DNA of 63,827 nt, the filler included, from Reticulomyxa filosa (taxonomy: Eukaryota; Protista; Foraminifera), in the NCBI GenBank assembly GCA_000512085.1. It is 20 parts of 20 records of this genome, joined end to end, with 100 filler letters (N's around TTAATTAATTAA, not from the genome) between each part and the next. Parts side by side here need not be neighbours in the genome. Positions count along the whole stretch, not along the records: positions 32,124 to 38,894 come from ASPP01019145.1; positions 38,995 to 43,579 come from ASPP01024749.1; positions 43,680 to 44,960 come from ASPP01038202.1; positions 45,061 to 47,999 come from ASPP01012163.1; positions 48,100 to 53,395 come from ASPP01009411.1; 15 more parts are not named here. The stretch is one strand, 5' to 3'. A program made the position numbers and the translations under genes. Positions 35,311 to 49,168 of the stretch are shown piece after piece. Every line of letters starts with the position of its first letter. Position 1 is the stretch's first letter. Below the pieces are notes generated by a model. It did not search any database, was not told the origin of the DNA, and saw nothing but the letters and a program-made list of their open reading frames with translations.

Positions 35311-38300
35311 GTTGTCATGCTTTTTCCTTTTTTTTTTTTTGGCGAGGTTCGGAGTCATATGCGTACATATGTCACATCGTTTCGCTTGTGCTCCAAAATG
35401 CACACATTGCGCTCAACTCCGTATTCTATTTCCGAATTATCGAGTGCCAATTTGCAAAATGCACTATACTATTGGCGGCCTCCAAGTCAGCACATTTCAG
35501 CATCAGACAGGCACTACAGCCATGACAACAACATCACTTACAATCACCACATCATCATTTACCATCACCGCATCACTTATAATCACAACGTCATCACGCC
35601 AGCCGCGAATATCAATTCGACCTCCGACTTGTAAACACTCCAGTTACTTTTGATATACTTCTTTAATTAAGAAAACAAAAAAAAGAGTCAGATAATTGAA
35701 GAAACAACTTTGATAAAAATAACAATAGTGTATGTCAATTTTACGTATACGTATATGTGTATAAAATATAATAGACAGGCGATCGGACGTCCATGTGGAA
35801 GTATATTGGCGTTGAAAGCACCAAAAATGTCAGTGGATGGACATCAAAAGCCACACTTCCAACAGTGCTATTATTTGTGACAATATTGTGGCTCATTACT
35901 TTGCAACTGCCTTCCACCTCTCCCATTAGTGGCTGTATGCCCGTCATGGGGTTCAAATTATGTGGTAGTGGAGGCCAATCATCAACACACAATGAACCGC
36001 ACATGGCAGATGATATGTGATGTTCATGCCATTTGTTCATTGGAGCGCAAGTCGCACAATGCTGATGGATATCTCATGTGTAATTTATTGATACATGTAC
36101 ATATTATATACGTATAACTCTATATCTATAAACAATTATGATAGACAAAATTTTTCTCTTTAATAAATGTTGTGATGGTCCTTTTTCAATTGACAATCAT
36201 TTCCCTTTTGATTTTTATTATGTAATGAATATATAGAGTGAGCAGAGTGGGAAAAAGGCATTCGATGACAGACGACAGTGGCAACATTGATGCCATCAAT
36301 TGCGAGAAAGCCAGCAGTTGGAGTGTTGATGCATAAAAAAAAGTTATTTTTTCATTTAAAAAACACAAAAACGCATTACATTAAATATAATGTTTGATAT
36401 TTGAAATTACCAATAGGTACAATTGTGGAGGCGCACTTGAACAGCGCGGCAAAAAGATGGAAACAAGTATTGCTAAATTTCGTGATGGAAACACGCAATT
36501 GAAGATCTGGTATTTGAGTTTGAGAGAACCCGCCAGCAAATGGCCGTCGACAACTTATCTCCATCGCTCTCGCTCACAATGTCGTCGTCAAGTTGAAGAG
36601 ACAACTTATATTTCTCAGGTACAATGATCTTTTTTTTTTGTAAGTATTTTATGTTTATTTGAATACTTATATACATACATAAACAAAAGTTTGTACATAC
36701 TTTTTTTTTCATAGACATAGTACTAGTGTAATGAAAAAAGAAAATAAGGGGTAGAAGCCAACCCCGTCTCCGAAAGGAGTTGAAAAGGTTTGTATTCATT
36801 TTTTTTAAAAAAAAATATTCAAATGTTGTGTGTATGTGTAATAGGAGTTCCCCGTCACCAGCCGTTAATTTGTGCAATCTCCATTCCACACAAAAAAAAA
36901 ATGGGGTAGAAGGCCACTCCGTCTCCGAAAGGAGGACAAGTGGTATGTTATGTTTTATATATATATTTTTTATTAAATGATATAATTGTGTGTATGTTTG
37001 TGTAACAATAGTAATATAATAGGAATTCCCCCGCATAAAGAAAAAAATTTTTATTTATTTTTTTATATCCTCCCCCATATATTTAAACAAAAAAAAAAAT
37101 GTTGTTGAGTGTTTTTTTCACAGGGAAAAAAAAAAGCGAGTGAGCTCGAGCTCCACATAATGGGTATATATATTGTTGTTCTTTTAAAAAAATATATAAT
37201 TTGTTTGTGTTACATATATGTACCAGATACCAACAAGATCCAGATCCAAAGGTAGTTATTTTAAAAAAAGTTGCAAAAGGGTATTGATGATGGGGGAAAA
37301 AAAGGGGATGTAAAAAAAAAGCGAATAATAATGTAAAAAATGGGGGAAATTAGAAAAAGTTTTATTATAATTATTGAAGAAAAAAAGAAAGAAAATAAAA
37401 AAGATTAAAGAAAAAAAATATGAATGATAAAAAAGAAAAAAAGAAAAAAAAAAGGAATGATAAAAAAGAAAAAAAGAAAGAAAAGAATAAAAAAGAAAAA
37501 GAAAAAAGTATAAATTATTTAATGTGGAGCTATATCTCCAAAATATTTTTGTTCCGGCGAATGCCGACATTTCCAATGACGCAAAGAGCGTGCTTGTCCA
37601 GCTTTATGATGTCCCACATGAAAGCACGCAGAATCGTTTATCATCATCCAATGGCTATTGAACGTTGACAATACGAAACATCAATGGATATTATAGAATT
37701 GTGTATTATCAATTTGACACTTGCAAAAGGAGACATCAGTGGAATGGTATGTATACTGTTTGGAGGGGGCGAAGTGAATACTAATTGACTAGCACCACAA
37801 TGGAAATTTCAAATGCACGCGCCACCTACCTTTAATTGTAATATCATCTTGTCATTTTATTAGTCAATGAAATCACATTATTAAAGCATGTATGGATAAC
37901 TACAACTTGAGTTGCCACAATAATACGAACACTCTGGGATATGTTCCTACAATTGTGTTCACTCGCGTTCTCATCCTATCTCTCCCACAAAGCTCCCATC
38001 TTTGCCCATCAACACCACATACCGGAAGTCACTTTAAGATCCAGCGCAGTCCAAGTCTCTACCTATACGACCACATGCAAAACATCCTTCATATGAATCT
38101 ATTTCGCCTCAAATGCAATCTTGTCGTATTCTCCAACCTCGCCCAACTTTTTTTCCAAATTTATATGATGTGAAAACACTGTAGCTCCTGTTATCCATCG
38201 TGCCCGAGCTGACGCTACTCGAATACCAGTTTTAATAGAGTGGACTTGCATTGATCTTCTATTTGCGTTATCTCGTGCCCAAATTTCAGCGCAAATACTG

Positions 38301-38865
38301 TGAAAGATATATATATTATGTGTTATATGGCCTTCAACCTTCGTCTCTTGCGCTTTATTGTATTGTGATACCCAATCCAGCCGAGACATGTACGTTCATG
38401 CCATTGAGAAGTAGTAAAGATGTTTCGAGCAATTATTATTTCTCTTGCGCGATTGCAGTTCAATGTGCAAACTTTTATTGCAACGTAGGAATATTCCGAA
38501 TACCACTGCGACAATCCCTCCCACACAAATTGGCTCAACTACATCCCAAAATTATATCAATCCATTGTTCATCGCATTTCCCGACAAGGACATAAACTTT
38601 GATGTCAACACAAAACCAAACAGTATACCTCTATCTCTTGATATTCCCGGAGGAGGAGGTGGGGGGGGGGGGGGGTTCCTACAATGTCTCCACACGCCTT
38701 TACACTACAGTTGTGACGACGACGGTGTGTATTGTGATAGTAACTATAGTTGTTACAAAGCCGTCTCAAACTATGAATTGTTTTTTGGATTGTGCAGGCC
38801 GGATTAATTGTATTGATAGTGAAAAGCAAGGATGTGTCTGTATTACAAGTTGCTTTAAGTTCTGA
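35311..38865 (+). pseudogene. Large Cys-rich/Thr-rich surface-protein-like gene, multi-exon, apparently disrupted
   Basis: Thr/Ser-rich segment (TTAMTTTSLTITTSS), Cys-rich blocks (CDDDGVYCDSNYSC) and GT-AG-bounded AT-rich introns; several stops and frameshifts. Confidence 0.35.
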
Positions 38866-38994
38866 ATATGGTGACGCAGCGACAAAGACCACTTNNNNNN
38901 NNNNNNNNNNNNNNNNNNNNNNNNNNNNNNNNNNNNNNTTAATTAATTAANNNNNNNNNNNNNNNNNNNNNNNNNNNNNNNNNNNNNNNNNNNN

Positions 38995-39098
38995 CCAAGC
39001 TGCGCTATTTCATTCTTTCATCACATTACAAACACAAACAATATTTCCTCTTTGCTTTTTCAAAAGGTGTAATGCTTAAAAACAAAAAAAAAAAAAAT

Positions 39099-39132
<34 letters not shown>

Positions 39133-40035
39133 TAACTTGAAGATGATGAAGTGTGGATGGAGGAAACACAAAGCCGAGTTTGAATAACGAGATATCTCGA
39201 AAGACAGCATTCACATCGATAGTGTCCGATTCTTGCTTGTACTGCAAAATGCGCGACGCACGATCTTTCAAGGCACGAAAATCGCAAGATTGCTTCAAAA
39301 GGGAATGCGCGCTCACCTTCAAGTGTCGCGCACATTTCAACTGGTTCGACAAAAGGTCCGTTCTTGCTTGCAGCTTGCTTTCCGTGTTTTTTTTCTGCTC
39401 ATCCCACGCGGATAATAGCGTCTCTTTTCGTTTTGTTATTTCGCTTATCAAATTCGACATTGTCAATTCGATCTGTTGTTTACAATAACTCGCGTTTTCA
39501 CCCCATTGTTTTGCCAACTCATCCAATTTTAACAACCCGTTTTCAATTTCTTTCTCCTTGTTCTCCATTTCTATCATTGCATCTCTTTCCACTGAATCTA
39601 CCATCACCTGCAGAAGAAGAAGAAAAAAAAATAATAATTGACTGACTCAGTCCAGATCTTGCATTTGTATTAACGTACAAGTTATAATCATTTCATACAA
39701 CTGAATCATTTGGAAAGACTTGCTCTGTAGATCGATTCGAACTTATCTGACGCCATAGTTGAAGCCTCTTTCCAGTTGACAGGTTTTTATTTTTGCACAC
39801 TTCGTCTATGTCCTTTCTTTCCAAGTGGAGCAATGTATCACTTTTTTTTTTTTTTTGTTCGTGTTGTTTTGTGTGTGTTCTTTGCCTTTTTTTTATTATT
39901 ATTTGTTGCTACTTACACGTCCAAAATGTCCGCTGAAACTAAAGCGTCATACAAACTTTCCAAATTCCTTTGTTTTAGCCATTTCCACAGTTCTGAATTG
40001 CTCTCACCTTCAGTTTTTGCTGCTAAAAACGACAT
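38995..40035 (-). CDS. N-terminal SAM domain plus coiled-coil protein (3' truncated)
   Basis: ELWKWLKQRNLESLYDALVSADILD / DTLLHLERKDIDEV..LSTGKRLQLWRQI follows the SAM pattern; long heptad region at 39104-39607. Confidence 0.7.
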
Positions 40036-40583
40036 GCCACTATCGAAAGGAGGAGAAGGGAAAAAAAAACTTCGTATTAAAAAAAAAACGGTACAGTCTT
40101 TTTGGTAAAAAAGGCTTATTTTATTCATCTTGTCATTCTCAGTCTTTCACTCTGGAATTATAAAATGTTAGTGGGAATAAGGTTTTCAATAACATTAAGC
40201 AGTGATTTTGTCTAAAAACTGACTGTAATACAAAGAAAAGAAGCTATTTTGGATGAATTGTGGTTTCAAAGTGATTTTCATTTTCATTTGAAAGTCGAAA
40301 GACGGAGAACATTTGGCAAGTCTTTGCGTTTTTTTAAAAAAAGGACAGCAAAGCAGGCCTTTCAGTAGTTGTTACAGTAAAATTGGACTAAATTGACCTT
40401 TGTCTCAAGTATTTTATTATTGTTGTTTATTTAACCTTTGAATTCCAAGGTATTTTTGTAAATGTTGTACGTGTGTTTTTATTTTCTTTCGCCAAAGGCC
40501 TAACTTTGAGGAAAAAAAAAAAAGTAATATTAAATGTGTATATGGTGTGTATGGATAATGGTGTAAAGAGGAAAAAAAAAGAG

Positions 40584-41975
40584 ATGCAAACCACGCAGCA
40601 AATAATAATGGAAAAAGATGAAGAGACAAATGCAAGAGACGAAAAAATGAGTCGTGAAAAAAAGTTGGCAAGCGTTGCAAATTTGAAAAACATGGACAAA
40701 AACGCGACAGAGGGAACAAACAGCCAATTGTCCGACGCGATAGTGGAAAGCGAGAAGGCAAGTAAACAAAAAAAACATAAGATATTGATATTGGACTGGG
40801 ACAACACGATATTGCCGAGTGACAGTTTGGAGCGAATGGGATACAAATTGGACAATGAAAAAGAGAATTTGCCACAAGAGTTGTTGTTATTGGAAAGCAA
40901 AGTATGCGAGTTTTTGACATTGGCTATTGACGAGTTGTCATGTGACAATGTAATTGTGATTACCAATGCTCAAAAGGGCTGGGTGGAATTGAGCGCTTTA
41001 CGCTTCTTGCCCCAATGTGTACGTTTGCTGAAGCGCTTGCACATACTGTCGGCACGGTCTATGTTTGAACAAAAGTACTCCCAAGCCTATCAATGGAAAC
41101 ATCGCTGCATGCATTTCATTATGCAAAAGTGCTGGGGAGCCACGCTGCCCCATCTCGACACAGAAAGTTTAAAGCATGTTATGAAGACACACATGCAATC
41201 CTATCTCGTCCGTTTTCAATCGCTTTCGGTTATTGCATCTCTCAGCACTTTATATATATATATACATATATACATATGCACATATATGTTAACATTTTAA
41301 ATGATTAGCGAAATAAATTACATGCCAATTTCAATTTTAATTTCATTTTTTTTTTTTTTTTTTTTTATGGGGGTTTGGATTGTGCATGTTGAAATGGCTG
41401 AGACAGAAAACGGACGAAAACAGGAACGTCATTGGGGAGCATCGGGGCGTTCTGAGAACAATCACCGAAAACGGGAAAGACAATTTGTCCTTGGCAGCAA
41501 ATGTCAAAGCGGACGCCGCAAAAAAAAAAGCACTGCCATCCACAGCATCAGCTCGATTTCTTTGCAACGTGCAAAACAAACAGAAGAGTTGAGATCACAA
41601 AAGGAGTTGTATGTGGTGTGTGTGTGTGTGTGTGTGTAATGCCATTGGAGGAGGAAGAGACTGGAGATGTTCTACCTTTTTTTTTTTTTTTTTTTTTATT
41701 TCAAATAGAGAGAAACAAAAAGAAAAAGAAAAGAATAAGGAGAATGTGGAAACAAGCGAGACAAACGCTATCACATAATATCGGTCGGAGATTCGTGGAC
41801 GGAGCGAAACGCTTGTTTAGTATTTGGTGACATATTGTCGAATGTATTTGTCAAATCGATTAAATTGAAGGAAAGTCCCTCTATTGCCCAAGTCATTTTG
41901 CAAATACAGCTGCTGATACAAATCCTACCTCTTGTCATTGCGCGGCAGTCCAACGTAGATTACTTTATACCTTAG
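40584..41975 (+). CDS. HAD-superfamily hydrolase-like protein (protist DWDxT family), multi-exon
   Basis: Motif I ILDWDNTILPS, motif II VITNAQKGWVELS, ILSARS, QWK, motif IV IISVGDSWTER, VKSIKL; TAG at 41973-41975. Confidence 0.8.
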
Positions 41976-43540
41976 GCCTCGTTTCTTTGTATCCACGTGT
42001 TGGCACTGTTCACTTTTTTTTTTTTTGTTTTTTGTTTTGCCGCGTTGCAATTCACATCGGGTGATGATGCATGCAACGCTAAAAGTACTAGAGAAAAAAA
42101 AAGAAGAACAAAAGATGACGAAACCAAACAAAGTAATATGAGATTATTTATTTATTTCTTTTTTTAAAAATTGTTAATTCGTGTACCTTTTCTAGTTCTT
42201 CCCTCCTCTTTTCCTCCCTCCCACTCTATTCTTTTTTTTTTTGTTCTTTGAAAGTGTGAAACTATTATCTATGTACATAAAGACATTACATCAAGTAAAC
42301 ATTGCCAATGCTTTGAAGTGCATTGTTAGCTTAAGCATTTTTTTCGGAGTGACGTCTTTTTTTTTGTTTTGTTTTCTTTTAACTTTGTCGCTTCGTATTT
42401 TGTTTTTTTGTTTTGCTTTGTTTTGTTTTTTCCCATCGCAAAAAAAAATACAAATGTGCTCAATGGACTTGGACATTAAAAAAAAAAAAAAATCAACAAA
42501 AAAGATATTTTTTGTTGAATTGATTTGTTAAATTTTTTTTAATCAAGTCCTAAGTTGGACGTGTTTGTACTTGCTGTGGGAAGTGTTCTTTTGCGCAATA
42601 CATTTGTGCTATGGGACACTTTTTTTTAATAAAAAGAAATGAATGTATCTTGGCGATTGACGTGCTTGCTTAAAAACTTGTTTTTTTTTTTGTTACATTT
42701 TGATGTAGTTACTTTGCGTGAATCGAGAAAAAAATTAGTTTCATAAATAAGCCAAGTACTAGAGATGTTTTTAATATTTGAATTTTTTTAATTGTTATTG
42801 TTAAGTAGTTTGGGCGAAGTTCTGGTGGGAAACAAGAGGGCGGACTGTTAGGTAATGTGTTGTTCACTATCATAATATTTGTTTTTTGTTTTTCTCAAAA
42901 ATTTCTTGTTTAAAATAAAATTCATTGACTGGACTTGTAATTTTGAAAACTCGATGTCGCTGTTGCTTCATCTTTTTTTTTGTTTGTTTTTTGTTTGTTT
43001 TTTTTTCTTTTTGCTTAATATTGTAATTAATGAAAACACCAGAATGGTTTGTTCCAAATTAAATTTTTGTAAAAAGTAAGAATATTGTAACGAAGAAATA
43101 CCAAATACTTTTCTTTTTGACTATTTGGATGATTGCAGTGTCATCAAAATCGTGGTTTCGCTTGCAAAACAAAAACACCGATACTTATAATGTTTTATTT
43201 AGAACTACTGTTTGTTTTCCCATCCAGCAAACAGTTTTTAATTCAAAGTGCTTATCGATCGGACTGGTGCACCCAAAGAACATTCCATTATATGCACTAA
43301 ACTAGTAAGCGAATTGTGATAACAACAATTTTCTTTTGATGAAAACGGTTTTTAAAAATAGCAATTTTCAATGAAACAATGACGGAAACACTTTATGGTA
43401 TCTTTTTTTTCTTTTTTTTTTAAATAAATTAGGTAAGAAAAAAAAAAAGAAAAAAAAGCAACAATCACAAACAGATTGAGAAATGTGCATTTGCCTCACT
43501 GGAAATATGGTTGTTTTTTTCTCTTCCTTCTCCTCCCTTT

Positions 43541-43579
<39 letters not shown>

Positions 43580-43679
43580 NNNNNNNNNNNNNNNNNNNNN
43601 NNNNNNNNNNNNNNNNNNNNNNNTTAATTAATTAANNNNNNNNNNNNNNNNNNNNNNNNNNNNNNNNNNNNNNNNNNNN

Positions 43680-43876
43680 TATAATTGCAGCAAAAGAGAG
43701 TATTCGACACTTTGATGAATGGATTAAGAGATAAAAATAATTATGTTTGTATGTCATGTGCAAAATTAATTGGAGTAATTTCAACGAAGTTGACCGATAA
43801 ACAACTGAAAAAAGTTTTCAATGCTTTGCCATATGAACGGGGACCCTCTTACTTCGATTTCTTTCAGAGTTTTTAA
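43680..43876 (+). pseudogene. HEAT-repeat gene 3' remnant
   Basis: VFDTLMNGLRDKNNYVCMSCAKLIGVI fits a HEAT/PBS-lyase repeat pattern. Confidence 0.5.
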
Positions 43877-45795
43877 AACCAAAATTTTGTCAAGTTGGGT
43901 GCTTAACTTATTATTTTGGGATTGGTTTTCACTTGATCCATATGGACTAATATTACATCTTTCAAACAAGCGACTGTAGAAGAAAAAATATATTTGGAAT
44001 GTCGCAGTTATGTTTTTTTGTAGATTAGAGTGGTATCAGTGTATCCACTTAATTTTGAAATGATAACAAAATACTGCGACTTGTTATGCCTTTAAAAGAA
44101 AGGAAAAGCCCCTTTTGGATCGAAGTATAATTTTATTTATCAAGATCGTGCTTCTAGCTGAAAAGAATTACTTTTTATTGAATTTGAGATCTGCTATTTA
44201 CTTGAAATACATCAACATTGCAATAGGAGAAGTGAAAAATATCAAATGATTATTGCTTCTACTTACTTATGTATTTCATTGTTAATTGTGATTTTTTTTT
44301 GACAAATTAAATTTAGTTTGTTCAAGTCATTTTTAAAAATTCTTTCACACCAATGTAATATCTGCAACATTTACTTCAAACAAATTTTTTCTTTATCTCA
44401 ATAATTGCATCAATCTTATGTTTAGTAATGATACAATTTTTATTCTTAGATAATTTTGAGCAAAAGATAATATTGTTGTCTTGAAAAAATAAAATCAATT
44501 ATTTTAATTTTGTTTAATGATTTTTTGAGGGTACATAATCGAGAGTAGTTGCTCCTTTATTTTCTTATCCATGTTCACCACGGCCAAGAGAAAGGATCTT
44601 TTTTTTGCAAGTCAAGGTTTATCGAATGTGCTTTATCTTTATTTTTCCTCCAAGAAAAAAAATACAGTTATCAAAGTAATAATTTTTTTTCTTTGGGTGA
44701 GATAAGTATCATCGACAAACGCATGTCTGTCTGGATTCGAAGATGAAGTAGAATAAAAAAAAATTTTGATTCAGAAAATAACCTCGTTTGTTTTTACTGA
44801 TTTGTCGAGGCTGAGATTTTTCATTTTCCGTTGTGGCGGTATTTGCTTCTTGTTCATTGTTGCTTTCATTAGAAAATATTCATCCCTTCTTTTTTATTCC
44901 TTTTAGTTTATCTTTATTTTCATCTGGAAAAGTATAAATGTTGCCATATTAGTTCAGCTCNNNNNNNNNNNNNNNNNNNNNNNNNNNNNNNNNNNNNNNN
45001 NNNNTTAATTAATTAANNNNNNNNNNNNNNNNNNNNNNNNNNNNNNNNNNNNNNNNNNNNAAAACTACACGATTACGTAGATATTTTTAAATAAAAAATT
45101 TGATTAATGTTGTTTTTCATTGAAGAAACACAATCATCTTTATAAGGTGGCATTTTAGGTGTCAACTTTCTTTTTTATCTTACTGTATTATTAATTTCAG
45201 ACTAGTTAAATTGATATAATGTGATTTACTTGATGGGAAAATCTTGCATGCGAACAGAATTACTTGACTATCAATTATAAACGACCTGACTAGTACCATT
45301 TATTTCTCCATCGACGTGTTGAAATATTTAATATTCTGGACATGCAGCAATACTTGAAGGAATAACCTACACAGAAATGATGAAGTTATTAACATGAAAC
45401 CCTAAGTTCAGGTGACCAGTCTGGTATTGGATGAAATGCAAATATTGTAGAAAGTAATGGAAAAAACAAATTTATCATATATTATACAAATGTCAAGCGA
45501 TGTCTGGAAGAAACAAAGAATGAACAACTAAATAACAACAAAAAGTTATATTGAATGTGATTGCAGTACGATACGATCAATAAGATATTTTGAAGAATCA
45601 TTTAGAAAAAGCACCTTTATATAAAGACAGAAGATGAAGAAAGCACCTCGCCATGAAAAACAATTTTTAAAAAACTTGAATATTGCAAGTGTTAAACAAT
45701 AATTGAAAAATAATTGTATTTTAACCTTGTTTGAGTCAAACGGGGAAAACGAGTGCCAAAAAGTTTTTTTTTCCACGGCAAACAAACCAGCAAAT

Positions 45796-47039
45796 ATGGG
45801 TGACTATGCCAATCGTGAGATTCCATTGAAAGTGCTTTTAGTAAGCAAACAGCAAAAAAAGCAAAAAAAGCAAAAAAAAAAAGAAAAAAAGTTATTATCA
45901 TTTTTTGTGTGACTGTTGTAAGGTGGGTGATGCTGCCGTCGGAAAAACGTGCTTGCTGGTACTGTAATATGTGCGCCGTAGGGACCACAAAAACAAAAAC
46001 AACAAAAAAATAAGTATATGCAAGTGTTCAAAGCCTCCTTTCCCTCCTCGCAAATGTATTTATGTCTCTGTCAACAAACAAACACAGCACTCGTTTGCGT
46101 CAGGTACTTTTGATGACTGTGAGAAGTCGACGGTAGGAATGGACGTAAAAATGATCAGAAAAGTGATGCGAAACAAGAAAATCAAACTGAACCTGTGGGA
46201 TACAGGAGGACAAGAGAGATATAGATCTCTCACAAGGCTAAGTTTTTTTTTTTTTTGTGTTTGACACCGTTATGTGTCCCGGGATTCACGTTGTTTGTTT
46301 ATTTGCTTGTTTGGTTTTGTATCCAATGCAGTGTGTGTTACAGGGGAGCGCAAGGCATAATATTAGGTACAAGTTATTTTCGTTGTTGTTTTTTTCCCTT
46401 ACACGTCAAATTATCTGGATGTATATATGCATATGCAAACGGTTGAAAAGAGTCGATTTTAGATGTAAAGTGTCAAAAGTGTATTTGAATATTGGGATAG
46501 CCTTTGAAACACATTGTCTGTTTATTTTCATCTTTGTTTGTTTCATAGTGTACGATGTGACAAATGTAAACACTTTCAAAAACCTTCGGAGATGGCTTCG
46601 AGAAGTGAAACTGTTTGCCACTGAAAATGTCATCAAAGTTAGGGCAAGCACGTACATATGCATAACATATGATATATATATGTATATGTATATTTATTTT
46701 TATAAGCATATATGTATATGAAAGGGGAAAATGCAATAAACAAACAAAAATTAATTTTTTTTTTTTGGACTGTAAACAAAAATAATAAAGGTGTTAGTTG
46801 GAAATAAAATCGATTTGGAGCAGAATCGTGAAGTGACACGTAAAATTGGAAGTAGTTTTGCCCGAGAGCATGGCATGCTGTTTTTTGAAGCGTCAGCGAA
46901 GACGTATCAAGGTGTACAAGACGCATTCGACGAATTGGTTGAAAAGCTCTTGGACACATCCATTGGCTGCCCCAGCTCGATAAACATTGCCAACAAGGAA
47001 AGATTTAAAGCCAAAGACGGGTGTTGTCTACTGATTTGA
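45796..47039 (+). CDS. Rab GTPase (Rab18-like), 6 exons
   Basis: GDAAVGKT, STVGMD, WDTGGQE, YRGAQG, GNKID, EASAK and C-terminal CCLLI prenylation signal. Confidence 0.92.
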
Positions 47040-48119
47040 ATACCTTACTCGATTTTGTTTTTTCTTTTTTTCATATATAACGTTACGTTACAATTTTTTT
47101 ATTATTCCCTCGTTTTGTGGCTTGTTCCAATGGGTTGAAAAAATAAAAATGATAGCACTTGGTTGTCTCTTGAAAACAGAAACAACAGTCAACATCATGG
47201 TAACGGAGTGTAGTAATTTTTTCCTTTTTTTGGATGGTCTTGTTTGAAAAATTTTTGTTGTTTTTTTGGGTTGTTTTTTTCTTTTCTAAATAAACGCATT
47301 GTGGAACGCATCTTTCCCAGTGTTATTTTTTCATCTTTTTGTTTGCTCCTTTTTTTTCTTGGTTTTTTGTTGGTTTGTTTACGGCTCAAGTTCATCAAAA
47401 ACAATACAAAATACATTTTCGTTAAATGGATGAAACTTTTTATGGATTTGCTTGGCACTTTAAGAAATACTAGCCTCTATCAGGCAAAACTGACTTCGAG
47501 AATGCAATAAACCCGGAGTAGTTCAACAAAGGCTCAAAAGATAACGATATTCAATATTTCTTAGCGAATAAATCTTTTACAAAAAAAAGGAAAGAAGAGC
47601 ACTTTTTTTTGCGTAGTAATAAGCTACTACGCATATTCAAAAATCGATTATTTTTTAAAGCTATTTAGCAAAATCGAACATATTACAAACATACGATAAA
47701 TTAGCTTTCGATCAAAAAAGTATGACAATTGAAGCATTGAAAATAAAAAAGAAGTGCAAAGACACAAACACGCTTTGTTTTGCAAGACTACAGTGTTACA
47801 AATTAAGTGCGATCAGACAGCTTAATGCCATATGAAATTTGTACTGCACTTTATTTTTCATTGAAAGCAATACAACAAATATGTGTTTGAGCAAAGAGAT
47901 TGACAAACTTCATTGTTTGTTTAGCCATCTCTCTTTGTCTTTCTTAACAAATGGCAAGCCTCTCAAGATAATAAATAATGTCGCAAATTCAATGGGTTTN
48001 NNNNNNNNNNNNNNNNNNNNNNNNNNNNNNNNNNNNNNNNNNNTTAATTAATTAANNNNNNNNNNNNNNNNNNNNNNNNNNNNNNNNNNNNNNNNNNNNC
48101 CCTCCTCCTTTCCCCTTCC

Positions 48120-48613
48120 CAAACAAATGAGTCAATATTTTGTGCATGTGTGGAATATATCAAACATAAGGAAAAAGAATGTCTTGAGAATGGTGGACAA
48201 GTATTACGGTCGAAAGAAGGCGAACAATTTGTAAATATACAAGCAGACTATTTCGGATTGGAAAAAAAAAAAGAGTGGCAGGATGACAAACCCAAACTGA
48301 TGAGGGTGATATGGATGTGTCTCACTCTCACAGGTCCACACATTTGAAAAACACCACTGCTAATGCCACTACATCGTCGATTCGACACGATATCAAACCT
48401 GTTCTTCCGTCCGAATCCATTCCACGCAATCTTGCACACAGTGATAATAATAATAACACCTACCCAAACAAACCCAACTCGACTGCTTCTACTACTTTGT
48501 CGCATAAAAATGGCTCCACTTCTCAAACTATCAAACATCTCAAACTCACACAACAACAACAACACACTTTTACCTCCACAAAAGATCAAAGTTCAGAAAC
48601 GGACTCGTCGTGA
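48120..48613 (+). CDS. 3' fragment of a hypothetical protein with a Ser/Thr-rich tail
   Basis: QADYFGL weakly resembles the end of a BTB/KCTD domain, followed by a low-complexity ORF at 48311-48613. Confidence 0.3.
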
Positions 48614-49168
48614 CATGGGAAAAATTTTCATTTTTATCTAAAACGAAATTTTAAAAAAAAAATAGAGGAGGAAAATCAAAAAATAATAAAATTAATGACT
48701 ATAAATAGTGATTGTAGTTTTGGATCCTCTTTGTTATTTTTGTTCAATTGCATAAGGCGAATGTTATTTGATTGTTGTTTTTTTTTGCCTTTTCCTCATT
48801 GACAAATCAAGCAATAATAATGAGAAAAAAAAAAACTAAACGTATATCTTCCAATTGTACGTCTTTGTTCAACTTTATGCATTGTTCCAACGATTATAGA
48901 CTTGGATCTTTTTGTGGTCAGTTTTTAGTATCTTGCTTTTTATCAGTCCATAAGTTGTCTAGAGATTTTCTTGTTTAAGTTGTTCTGAGACAAGCTACCG
49001 AATAAATGAAAAAAATTACGTAGCGAAAGAAATAGATCTAACATCGACATGATCAAAGACGTCACTGCAAAGTGTCAACAATAGGCAAAAACAGTGAACT
49101 TTTTTTTTTAATCCCTACATCTGGCATTTTTAGAAAATTTTTGCTTTAAAAAACAAACACTGGTAAAT

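Noticed and set aside
36748-36860. Intron-containing tRNA
   Set aside because: No D-loop or T-loop consensus or cloverleaf; better explained as duplicated coding exons.
1897-47039. Functional cluster of REP with Rab, or of actin/ARPC1 with tubulin
   Set aside because: REP, Rab and tubulin lie on separate concatenated contigs, and the actin piece near ARPC1 is a dead fragment.
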